From: Macrostomum lignano
Taxonomy: Eukaryota
Assembly: GCA_002269645.1 (NCBI GenBank)
Contig: NIVC01000797.1
Span: 310,001 to 374,000 of the forward strand
Length of the DNA: 64,000 nt
Direction of reading: 5' to 3'
Shown here: piece by piece, positions 1 through 26,619 of the stretch
Layout of the letters: each line of letters opens with the position of its first letter
Numbering within the stretch: position 1 is the first letter of the stretch
Translations under genes and position numbers: made by a program
Notes under the pieces: model-generated
Told to the model about the DNA's origin: nothing
What the model saw: the letters and a program-made list of their open reading frames with translations, nothing else
The model's database searches: none

Positions 1-327
1 GGAAGCCTGAACTTATCAAAGGCCGAGCTGTCAGCGGGCCGCTAACTGCCGCATCGGCTCCAGCAAACAAACCGCAGGCAGAGAAGCTGAGCTGGCTTGG
101 ACTCTGCTTGTCTTTGTTCCCAGAGCTCGTTAAAAGTTGATCAAGTCCCGACTGGAACGGACTGTGAATCATGCAGGCTTATCTGCTATTTTTCCAAGAC
201 GCTTTGGCAGACATTGGAGTCCATCCAAAATACTCGTATGTCGAAGAAGATTCAACTGCAAAATGCACAGAATAAATTCAAGAGACGACGTATCAGTCAA
301 ATTTTTATCTAAGACACAAAATCATCT

Positions 328-1444
328 ACGATGCACACCAGACAGACACAACATCTGCGATGCACACCAGACAGACACAACATCTGCGATGCACACCAGA
401 CTGACACAACATCTGCGATGCACACCAGACAGACACAACATCTGCGATGCACACCAGACTGACACAACATCTGCGATGCACACCAGACAGACACAACATC
501 TAATGATGCACACCAGACAGACACAAAATCTAATGATGCACACCAGACAGACACAACATCTGCGATGCACACCAGACAGACACAACATCTGCGATGCACA
601 CCAGACAGACACAGCATCTGCGATGCACACCAGACAGACACAACATCTGCGATGCACACCAGACTGACACAACATCTGCGATGCACACCAGACTGACACA
701 ACATCTGCGATGCACACCAGACTGACACAACATCTGCGATGCACACCAGACAGACACAACATCTAATGATGCACACCAGACAGACACAAAATCTAATGAT
801 GCACACCAGACAGACACAACATCTGCGATGCACACCAGACAGACACAACATCTGCGATGCACACCAGACAGACACAACATCTGCGATGCACACCAGACAG
901 ACACAGCATCTGCGATGCACACCAGACAGACACAACATCTGCGATGCACACCAGACTGACACAACATCTGCGATGCACACCAGACTGACACAACATCTGC
1001 GATGCACACCAGACTGACACAACATCTGCGATGCACACCAGACAGACACAACATCTAATGATGCACACCAGACAGACACAAAATCTAATGATGCACACCA
1101 GACAGACACAACATCTGCGATGCACACCAGACAGACACAACATCTGCGATGCACACCAGACAGACACAACATCTGCGATGCACACCAGACAGACACAACA
1201 TCTAATGATGCACACCAGACAGACACAACATCTGCGATGCACACCAGACAGACACAACATCTGCGATGCACACCAGACAGACACAACATCTGCGATGCAC
1301 ACCAGACAGACACAGCATCTGCGATGCACACCAGACAGACACAACATCTGCGATGCACACCAGACAGACACAACATCTGCGATACACACCAGACAGACAC
1401 AACATCTAATGATGCACACCAGACAGACACAACATCTGCGATAC
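328..1444. repeat. 29/30-bp minisatellite with higher-order period
   Basis: Unit GATGCACACCAGACAGACACAACATCTGC; the variant block recurs at 473, 736 and 1028. Confidence 0.95.
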
Positions 1445-2046
1445 ACATTACACTCACACAGTGGCGCTGACACATCGATGCTTAGTTGATTTATGCCTGA
1501 TGATCATCGTGCATATTTTCCAGAATAACTTTGATCCTTTTAAGCAGAGTTTCCAGGCTAAAGAAATGGCTTCCAAGCCTTCTGGACATGATTTCCTTTT
1601 CATTTTTTCTGCAACATTCCATTTTCTAACCAATCTCGCTTCCTTTGAAGGCCATACATGCTCACTTTTCATTTCAGCTGAGTCCGCTTTCATCCGCTTC
1701 CTTGACCAATCTATCCAGGACTTCTCAAGGAGCCGGACATTCCCTCTTCCATGACTTCCTAAACCTCTATTCATTGAAAAGCAATGCCGCGCATATAGAT
1801 TGGGAATAAAAATAAAAGGGAAATTTTCCAGCGGACTCTCTCTCGACAATGGGATATTGGGGAGTAGTAGAGTTTGCAAAGCCCAGAGGAAGTTGGGTTG
1901 AAAAAGATCGCTTGATTAAATTTGACTTTTAATTAAAGCAAAGACTTCCTCTCGGTCCGACCGGAGGAGACAATCGCCATTTGCTCGAAGTGCTCGTAAA
2001 ATAAAAAGGAAATGCTTTCTAGGAAACCCAGTCCGTGCTGCATCGA

Positions 2047-2900
2047 ACACTTGGGACATTTCCCCAACAGGGAACTTGGGACATTTTCCCAACAGGGACA
2101 CTTGGGACATTTCCCCAACAGGGACACTTGGGACATTTTCCCAACAGGGACACTTGGGACATTTCCCCAACAGGGAACTTGGGACATTTTCCCAACAGGG
2201 ACACTTGGGACATTTCCCCAACAGGGACACTTGGGACATTCCCTAACACGGGCACTCCTGACATTTCCCCTCCACGGACACTGGGGACTTTTACCCAACA
2301 CGGACACTTGGGACATTCCCTAACACGGGCACTCCTGACATTTCCCCTCCAGGACACTTATGTTATGTCTTCTGCTTCAACAATGATTACAGCCTCAAGG
2401 CTATCATCGGACATAAAAGTCTAAGAAGCTTTGTCTAGAGTACCGCGGTTCACGGCTAATATTTGCCTCTAGCGAGTACACTCAGAACCTTGCTCTTTGC
2501 GCTACTGTATTATTCGGCTCCTAAGGAAATAAAAGTCCGGAAATTGCAGAGAGAAATTAAAGTCCGTTTAGTCTTTTGTCTATACACAACAACTTATGAC
2601 ATTTACCCTACACGGACATTTGGACATTTCCCTAACACAAACACGAGACATCTCACAACATTGACACTTAGGGACATTTTCTCAACATAGACTTTAAGAC
2701 ATTTCCCCAGCACGGGCACCTGATACATCTCCCCAACAAAAGTGTCAACGCTCGTAGACACTTAGGACATTTACTGAACTTGGACACTTTGCCATCTTCC
2801 CAGTAGGACACTGGGACACTTCCCAAACACGGACACTTGGGACATTTCCCTAACATGGACACTTGGGACATTTCCACAACACGGACATTTTAGACAGCCT
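2047..2900. repeat. 26-bp minisatellite plus degenerate flanking copies
   Basis: Unit GGGACACTTGGGACATTTCCCCAACA; tight 2047-2355, degenerate 2596-2900. Confidence 0.9.
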
Positions 2901-3825
2901 CTACAGGAAAATTCGGAATGGCTCCTCCCATAAAAAATTGAACTATATTTATTCAACCAATTAAAAAACTTTTCAAAACGAACGATTTATTCGAACAGCA
3001 ACACCCGCAAGAATTTAGTTATCTTAGAAAAACGTAGATAAACGACAGAAAGCTTCTCAGCAAAGATAATTACTGCAAAGAAATTGGCAATTGACGGAAT
3101 AATACGGAAGAAATGCTTGACCAGAAAAAAATTATGGATTTATTGCTACTCTCGATAAGAACAGGAAGGCCATGAGGACTGTCTGGACTTGGAGGAAGAA
3201 AAGTGCTTGATGTCTTAGACTAATACTCAATCTTGCCGTCCGAAGTTGGTATAGGCTATATAGCTAGGCCCGATCCCACTTTACTTCCCTTCGCGGTCAC
3301 CAATTGATCTGTCCAATAAATCAGACAACCGGACGAGCTAACAAGAGTCCTCGGGGTGGTCAAGACGGGAAAAAACAAGCAGTAAGCCCAGTCTTATCAG
3401 CCGAGAACTATGCAAAGAGCATAAAAGAAGAAACTTCTAGAGGTATAAAGATTGAGAGTTGGAAAGATTTGTCACATCTCGCTGGCAAACTATATACCGG
3501 TAACATCTAGCTGGTAATCTGAGCTAATTCATCTTACTTTTTCTCCTGCCTTTGATGCCGGGGATGACAAATAATTGGCCCGGGGCAGCTGTAGACTCTG
3601 AGCCGGCATGGGTGAGACAATGAAGAGAAAGCGAAAGCGAAAGCCAATAATAATATCTTATTAAGACGGAATAGCTAAATTTAAATACAGAAATTCCAGA
3701 AAAGCACAGCTTTTAGGTATTTTATAAATAGAATGAAGCGAAGTGGATGAGTTGTATTTATAAGCATTGACGGAGATAGTGCGTCATCAGTCAGACTATA
3801 TGGAGAAGAAATAATATGGTTGTGA

Positions 3826-5238
3826 GGTGGGTCTTCCGCGGGGTAGGAATGGAAAGGGACAGTAGGATAGTTAAGTCAGGGAGTGAGGTGGGTGTCACTT
3901 GGGGTAGGAATGGAAAGGGACAGCAGGATAGTTAAGTAAGGGAATGAGGTGGGTGTCACTTGGGGTAGGAATGGAAAGGGACAGTAGGATAGTTAAGCCA
4001 GGGAGTGAGGTGGGTGTCACTTGGGGTAGGAATGGAAAGGGACAGTAGGATAATTAAGTCAGGGAGTGAGGTGGGTGTCACTTGGGGTAGTAATAGAAAG
4101 GGACAGTAGGATAGTTAAGTAAGGGAATGAGGTGGGTGTCACTTGGAGTAGGAATGGAAAGGGACAGTAGGATAGTTAAGCCAGGGAGTGAGGTGGGTGT
4201 CACTTGGGGTAGGAATGGAAAGGGACAGTAGGATAGTTAAGTCAGGGAGTGAGGTGGGTGTCACTTGGGGTAGGAATGGAAAGGGACAGTAGGATAGTTA
4301 AGTAAGGGAGTGAGGTGGGTGTCACTTGGGGTAGGAATGGAAAGGGACAGTAGGATAGTTAAGTCAGGGAGTGAGGTGGGTGTCACTTGGGGTAGGAATG
4401 GAAAGGGACAGTAGGATAGTTAAGTAAGGGAATGAGGTGGGTGTCACTTGGGGTAGGAATGGAAAGGGACAGTAGGATAGTTAAGTAAGGGAGTGAGGTG
4501 GGTGTCGCTTGGGGTAGGAATGGAAAGGGACAGTAGGATAGTTAAGTAAGGGAATGAGGTGGGTGTCACTTGGGGTAGGAATGGAAAGGGACAGTAGGAT
4601 AGTTAAGTCAGGGAATGAGGTGGGTGTCACTTAGGGTAGGAATGGAAAGGGACAGTAGGATAATTAAATCAGGGAGTGAGGTGGGTGTCACTTGGGGTAG
4701 GAATGGAAAGGGACAGTAGGATAGTTAAGTAAGGGAATGAGGTGGGTGTCACTTGGGGTAGTAATAGAAAGGGACAGTAGGATAGTTAAGTAAGGGAATG
4801 AGGTGGGTGTCACTTGGGGTAGGAATGGAAAGGGACAGTAGGATAGTTAAGTAAGGGAGTGAGGTGGGTGTCACTTGGAGTAGGAATGGAAAGGGACAGT
4901 AGGATAGTTAAGTAAGGGAATGAGGTGGGTGTCACTTGGGGTAGTAATGGAAAGGGACAGTAGGATAGTTAAGTAAGGGAATGAGGTGGGTGTCACTTGG
5001 GGTAGGAATGGAAAGGGACAGTAGGATAGTTAAGTAAGGGAGTGAGGTGGGTGTCACTTGGGGTAGTAATGGAAAGGGACAGTAGGATAGTTAAGTAAGG
5101 GAATGAGGTGGGTGTCGCTTGGAGTAGGAATGGAAAGGGACAATAGGATAGTTAAGTAAGGGAATGAGGTGGGTGTCGCTTGGAGTAGGAATGGAAAGGG
5201 ACAATAGGATAGTCAATTCAGGGAGTGAGGTGGGTGCT
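3826..5238. repeat. 61-bp G-rich minisatellite (~23 copies)
   Basis: Unit GGGAGTGAGGTGGGTGTCACTTGGGGTAGGAATGGAAAGGGACAGTAGGATAGTTAAGTCA. Confidence 0.95.
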
Positions 5239-6134
5239 GGTTTGAATTTATTCTTTTGTGACAGTAATACATGTACACCTGTGAGTTGACTATCTTGATT
5301 CAATCCAACCCAAGAACTTTGTTATATTGCTAGAAATTATTCAGTTTAACAAGTACTAAATAGAATAGTACTGAAGCAACACATTTTCTGACATTAGGAA
5401 AACTAAAAGAGATGTCTCTAAAGGAAGTTGGTGCTATACAGAAGGTGTTAAAGAATGTCTTCATTTTCTTACCTTCGATTTTAAATTCAGTCTGTCAGTT
5501 CTGCCACAAAGTTATTGAACGTTACGATTCCGTTATTTTAAAGCTGTCTGGAAACTTCAACTCCAAAGTGATGCAGCAGTTTTTTACTTGGACTTCGGTT
5601 TTAGCAACAGAAGCTACTGAGAAAATGGAATGAATATTCATTTTAGCATTCACGCCAGAGCCAATGACAGCAAAGATACTGAGGCGCGCGACTGTTATTG
5701 GCGCTTGCTGAGCTGTGAGGCCGGCCTCTAGCTAGGTGCACTGCCAGGCACAGCTGACTTACCAGGACAGAAACTCTGCAGTCCGAGGAACATATAGTTT
5801 CATATTATAAGACCTAAATTTCACATTACATCACCTTTCATAACGCCAAAGCTTACGCAATGCCTAAAATGATCAAAATGAATGGTTGGTTGAAAGTTTT
5901 TTTGGCATTATGAAGTTTAGGTCCTCAACTCGCTGAAGTTACAAGTGAACTAAACTAAAGTTCATTTATTTATATAAAAAATCCTGAAGCATTTATCAGT
6001 ACATGTAAATCCTATTCAATATACTTTAATAATAACTTCTGCTTCTGTCTTTGTGAATCACACCTTTCTTTTTGTTATTAATCTCTTTAATAGTAAAAAT
6101 CGCTGTTCTGTGAATGACCTTTTGTGTTATACAT

Positions 6135-6406
6135 AATTAATAATAACAATAACTGATTACACCTGACCTAATTGGGCAGATGTGCAACCGACAGCTCAGC
6201 CGAAGCCAAACAGCTCAGCCGTACGGCTGTTCTGTCCAAGGACTGGGAGGTCGCCACACACGCCCTCAATGCTGGCACCTATTTTGAAGCAATGCTAATT
6301 TTAAGTGTCTTTCTCAAGAACACAAATTATTCCAGCGGGATCGGGAATCGAACCCCCGACCTTCAAGTCGAGAGTCCGACGCTCTAACCACTAAGCTAAA
6401 ACCCTC
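6135..6406 (-). mobile_element. tRNA-derived SINE, copy 1
   Basis: Minus strand: A-box-like TAGCTTAGTGG, B-box GGTTCGATTCC, core TGTGTTCTTGAGAAAGACACTTAA, shared 3' part GGCTGAGCTGTCGGTTGCACATCTG...CAGGTGTAATC and a TTA-rich tail; aligns with copies at 27076 and 34680. Confidence 0.85.
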
Positions 6407-7123
6407 TTTACTCTTTGTTATACAATGTAGGTAAATAATGTAATCAACCTTTCCGTTGTGATCAATAATGCTTATGTGTGCCCATCTGAAAGGCTTCTAG
6501 TTTACATCCCTATATTTTCAGAATAAATATTCTAATAAGCCTAATAATTTTATCAGTTGGCAACCTTCGCAAACCACCCGTAGTTATTCAGAGAATTTTA
6601 GTAATTAAATATAGAATTGAGTTTGATTACGCAATATGGGACTTGCTCGAAGGCCTTCCCTCAACCTTTACACACCGTTTCCTCTTCAAACCCCTACGCA
6701 GAAGGACAGAGAAAGAGGACAGGGGAGAGAGAGGGTCAGAGAGTGGAAAGGACTGGAGGGGTGACGAGGCCTAGAACCAAGCCCCCCTTTCAAACCTCAC
6801 CCCCTCTTCCTGTCCAAAAAGCCCTTGGGACTCCACACACACAGCACACCCACCACCAATGTGCGCGTACATCTACGCAATATCAATCATTTAGCGATGA
6901 CATCATTCCCCCCTTAAAGTTGGCATATTGTATAGACTGGACTGGAGTCCCGTCCTGTACATTCCAACCCCCACAAACCTTAACTCTGTCCGATTCCTTC
7001 TTCGTTCGTCTGTAATAAATATAATGGCGAGGTAAAAGCAGAGGAGAGAGGCCAGTGTATCAACCACTCCCATCCTTAGGAGAATAAAGCCAGAAGAGAA
7101 CACGGTTCTTACACGGTATAGAA

Positions 7124-22197
<15,074 letters not shown>

Positions 22198-22544
22198 ATT
22201 TAATTTTTTTATTACTTTTCAAACGAAACAGAAGCGCCAGCTACTTAAAGTACATTTGTTTATTTTTCTATAGAAAGTTGAAACTGAAGGCTTTCTTATG
22301 TAAAATTCTCCCGAACTTAATGATTAATGAATTAATGATGTCTTACATTTTAAAACTAATGCTTGTAATTTGAACCTGTGCAGATGAAAGGTTTTAATAA
22401 TTGCATGAAATTTCATGATTCTAAAAATAATGACAAGAGTTCTTCTGTATGTATTTTAAATTTAAAAAAAAATTTGGGAAGTTTTGGGAAGCTCATAAAT
22501 TTTTGGAAAGTGTTATTAGTTGATACTAATGGTTTCTAGTGAGC

Positions 22545-22550
22545 AATAAA
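22545..22550 (+). promoter_or_regulatory. Candidate polyadenylation signal of gene A
   Basis: AATAAA about 350 nt after the stop codon in an AT-rich 3' region. Confidence 0.4.
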
Positions 22551-22601
22551 CAACGACTGTATACTCATACTTTATTGATTAGGTTGCGTGGAGCCGACCT
22601 G

Positions 22602-23372
22602 GTGTACAATCGAGGACAAAGACTAGGCTTCGGGAGAGGACTTGATGTACAGTCAAGGACAAAGACTAAGCTTCGAGAGAGGACTTACCGGTAATGTACA
22701 ATCAAGGACAAAGACTAGGCTTCGGGAGAGGACTTGATGTACAGTCAAGGACAAAGACTAGGCTTCGGGAGAGGACTTGATGTACAGTCAAGGACAAAGA
22801 CTAGGCTTCGGGAGAGGACTTGATGTACAGTCAAGGACAAAGACTAGGCTTCGGGAGAGGACTTGATGTACAGTCAAGGACAAAGACTAGGCTTCGGGAG
22901 AGGACTTGATGTACAGTCAAGGACAAAGACTAGGCTTCGGGAGAGGACTTGATGTACAGTCAAGGACAAAGACTAGGCTTCGGGAGAGGACTTACCGGTA
23001 ATGTACAATCAAGGACAAAGACTAGGCTTCGGGAGAGGACTTACCGGTAATGTACAATCAAGGACAAAGACTAGGCTTCGGGAGAGGACTTGATGTACAG
23101 TCAAGTACAAAGACTAGGCTTCGGGAGAGGACTTACCGGTAATGTACAATCAAGGACAAAGACTAGGCTTCGGGAGAGGACTTGATGTACAGTCAAGTAC
23201 AAAGACTAAGCTTCGAGAGAGGACTTACCGGTAATGTACAATCAAGGACAAAGACTAGGCTTCGGGAGAGGACTTGATGTACAGTCAAGGACAAAGACTA
23301 GGCTTCGGGAGAGGACTTGATGTACAATCAAGGACAAAGACTAGGCTTCAGGAGAGGACTTGATGTACAGTC
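22602..23372. repeat. 43/49-bp minisatellite between the convergent genes
   Basis: Unit TCAAGGACAAAGACTAGGCTTCGGGAGAGGACTTGATGTACAG; in the 49-bp variant ACCGGTAA replaces GA. Confidence 0.95.
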
Positions 23373-24048
23373 AAAGGCAAGGTAAGTTCTCTCTGGAACT
23401 TACAGCCGACTAAACAAATTTCAAATAATTGACAAAACGGCCATCAAATTTTGAAAATGAAATCGGGACAGAAAGAAATTACTGTTTTTATTTTGAACTT
23501 TTTCAAAGCAGCGTCTCTTTCGACTGTTTGCGCACAATGTTAGGTTTTTAGAAGAAGAAAAGAAATTCTCACCTAATTGCTGCTCTCTAAAACGCGGGAA
23601 AATTAATTAATTAATTAATCAATTAATCGATAGGTTCTACTACTGAATGCTATGTCAGACTCGCGCACCAACTTGACTATTTCAAGCGAGGACAATTAAG
23701 TAAAAAAAAATTCGAACTAAATTGTACGCAGAAATCAGCGCTAACTGACGCCAATACATGGCAATTAGTACTAATTGGTAAAGTGTAAAGTACGCCAAAC
23801 AAGATCGGGGACACAGAGGAAACTTAACGGATGAGGTGGAGGCTTGATCCATATTGTTTGTTTTCAGTTCAGATTCAGACGCTTTGAAGCAGAGAGTTCG
23901 AGTCAATTCAACAATATAGTTAAAAAAAGCAAGGAAAGCAACTTAGAAGAAAAAAAGAGAAAGTCCAAAAAACAGTGAAGCACACGCTAGATTAAACTTA
24001 GTTTAAAAGTCAGAACTTGCGCAGGACAATTGGATGGGTTGGCTAGGG

Positions 24049-24228
24049 CAGGGGTCGGCAAACCTTTTTAGCTCGAGAGCTAGATACAGAATCTAGAGAA
24101 GAGAAGAGAGGAGGAGAGGAGAGGAGAGGAGAGAAGAGAGGAGAGAAGACACAAACCCGATGACAGGATAGAGACGCTGCGCGGGCCGCATGACGTGAGA
24201 GTCGGACGAGCAACTTTGCCAACCCCTG
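24049..24228. mobile_element. hAT (Charlie-like) MITE, 180 bp
   Basis: TIR CAGGGGTCGGCAAAC...CTTTGCCAACCCCTG; 8-bp flanks ggctaggg / agctagtg (6/8 identical, CTAG core). Confidence 0.8.
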
Positions 24229-24599
24229 AGCTAGTGGATAAGCCATCCATTTAGATAGCAGATTTTATTCCTGAAGACAAGAGGCTTTTCTGCTGTTTCT
24301 GGCAATGGGTGTGGGAAATTGGCCATCCAAGTTCACACGGTGGAAAGTGGCGGAGGCGGAGTTAAAATTGCTAGGAAAAGAGCGCACAAGCAACGTCGCT
24401 CTGTCTGCCTTGAGTACAAGTATGTTATGCTCGCGTATTTACATGAAAAAAGCTGGACTCGGGAGACAAAAATCAAAAAAAGGAACGATGGAAAACGTGG
24501 TGAACAACGTAGAAAGAAAATGACTTGGGGAAGGGAGCGCACACAGGGACGACTTTTTCAAGACTAAGCATTCCTGAAGTGGTTATCGATATAGACTTC

Positions 24600-24795
24600 T
24601 TACCCCACCCCCACCTCCAATGTACATTGGTGGAGAGAAACAGTGTCTAGCTTATCAAGTGTACATTGGTCACGCAAGATTTCAATCCTCTCTCTTTAGT
24701 GTACGTTTGCATCGGGTGTTTTTTAAGGGGTAGAGTTAGGGGTAGGGTCAGGGATAATGTACATTGCCTAGTGTACATGGGAGAAAGTACACATA
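24600..24795 (-). mobile_element. Possible Helentron/DINE-like non-autonomous element
   Basis: ATGTACA(C/T)T motifs flank a CCCTAA-like tract; same layout as 27470-27690 in the opposite orientation. Confidence 0.4.
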
Positions 24796-25484
24796 ACAAA
24801 GAATTTAAATATCGTTACTACTAAAAAGCCAATCCAAATCAGTGCTCTTATCGGTGCCATCTAAAACCCAGACAGAGGGCAATTAGGGAGAAAATAAAAC
24901 TAAAAAACCACTAGCAGTAAGATAGGAGCAAGCCCTGTAGCAGACAAAAACACAGCTTGGAGAACAAAAGGAGTGTGCGAGCGCATGTGAACAAAAACAC
25001 ATACCGGTAAGGAGAAGCGGGGAAAAAGCAATGCAAAAAGTCAAGACAAGAGTTTAAAAAAAGAGAACCTGCGCACCAGACTGCCAAATGAAAGATTACT
25101 AGAAATAATTGACTAAAGACAATTCTTGATCTGCTGTTAGTGATGGAAATTAATAAACTGTAATTCCGGTCGCAAAAATAGGCAGGCAAAGGGATGTAAG
25201 ACAATAAAGGGAGACAGACAGCAAAAAGCAGCAAATACAAGCAGTTAGTTCCCGCAACGCAATGTCACCCACCTAGAGTAGAATTAAATCCTAAAGCTTA
25301 TCTTCATGGCAGATTCCTGCTGAATAAAGAGGGGCAGTCAGTCCTGTGCAAGAAGCGAAATCGAGGAAAAACACTTGGGCTTGTAGAAACTTTTTTGTAG
25401 AAACGCACCCAGATCTATTTTTTCCCCAAACTGCTTATGAAAAAAAATTTGACTATCTGTTAGGCCAACTCAAAGCTTGAGTTG

Positions 25485-25658
25485 TCACTGCTGCTCAGCC
25501 GTGGCCAGGCCAAGCTGATGGTAGGCGGCGGCGGTGGCCGGGTCAATTCCGTAGTAGAGCGAGCCGTCCGTGGTGTACATGGCCGAGCTGGCGGCCGAGG
25601 TCATCAGGTGCGGCGCGGCGGCGTACATCCCGGACATTTGGTAGCCGGACGGGTCCAG
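25485..25658 (-). CDS. RBMS-like terminal coding exon ([12 protein letters not shown]...AEQQ*)
   Basis: Acceptor catcacag|CTG; TGA at 25485-25487. Confidence 0.75.
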   Translation of the reverse strand: MDPSGYQMSGMYAAAPHLMTSAASSAMYTTDGSLYYGIDPATAAAYHQLGLATAEQQ

Positions 25659-26583
25659 CTGTGATGTACAGGGGGGGGGCATTAATGGTCAGCTTTGCCG
25701 TGTAAAACTCGATGCGCATGCGAACTTAGTGTTTTAGCTAGCACCCAACTCAGCTATCTACCAACTCAGCTACCACCCAACTCAGCTACCTACCAACTCA
25801 GCTAACACCCAACACAGCTACCTACCAACTCAACTACCTACCAACTCAGCTACTACCCAACTCAGCTACTACCCAACTCAGCTACTACCCAACTCAGCTA
25901 CCACCCAACTCAGCTACCACACAACTCAGCTACCACCCAACTCAGCTACCTACCAACTCAGCTACCTACCAACTCAGCTACCTACCAACTCAGCTACCTA
26001 CCAACTCAGCTACCTACCAACTCAGCTACCTACCAACTCAGCTACCTACCAACTCAGCTACCTACCAACTCAGCTACCTACCAACTCAGCTACCTACCAA
26101 CTCAGCTACCACCCAACTCAGCTACCACCCAACTCAGCTACCACCCAACTCAGCTACCACCCAACTCAGCTACCACCCAACTCAGCTACCACACTGCTCA
26201 ACCAGCCAGAACCGCACCTGGTAGATGGAGTGTCCCTGCGCCACGGACACGGGAGCGGCGCTAGCGGCGCCGGGCATCAGCTGGTAGCCTCCGGGAATGG
26301 CGGCGCCAGTCTGCGTTGGCGCACCAACGGAAGCCCGCGTGGCTGCGGCAGCGGCGGCGGCGTACAGCGAGGCAGCGGTGGCGGCCGCCGAGCCTGGCTG
26401 AAAAGTCTGGCTGTACAGGTGGTGCGGAAGCTGATGATGGCCCGGCTGCGGCTGCTGCTGCTGAGGTTGCTGCTGCTGCTGCTGGAGCTGGAGCTGGTGG
26501 GCCGAAGGAGCCGCGTAGCCCCTGGCAGCTGCTAGCGCAGCGGCTGCAGCGGCGGCTGCAGCGGCGGAATTCTGCTGCTGTTG

Positions 26584-26619
<36 letters not shown>

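Noticed and set aside
137-1489. Long ORFs (up to 388 aa) on both strands
   Set aside because: They are translations of the 29/30-bp tandem array; no splice context or domain.
1454-1879. 141-aa minus ORF in non-repetitive DNA
   Set aside because: No recognisable domain or splice-consistent partner exons.
6330-6406. tRNA gene (also at 27076 and 34680)
   Set aside because: The acceptor stem is not paired, the anticodon differs between copies, and each continues into a shared SINE body.
22602-23372. CRISPR-like alternation of 43/49-bp units
   Set aside because: No unique spacers and no cas genes; eukaryotic context.
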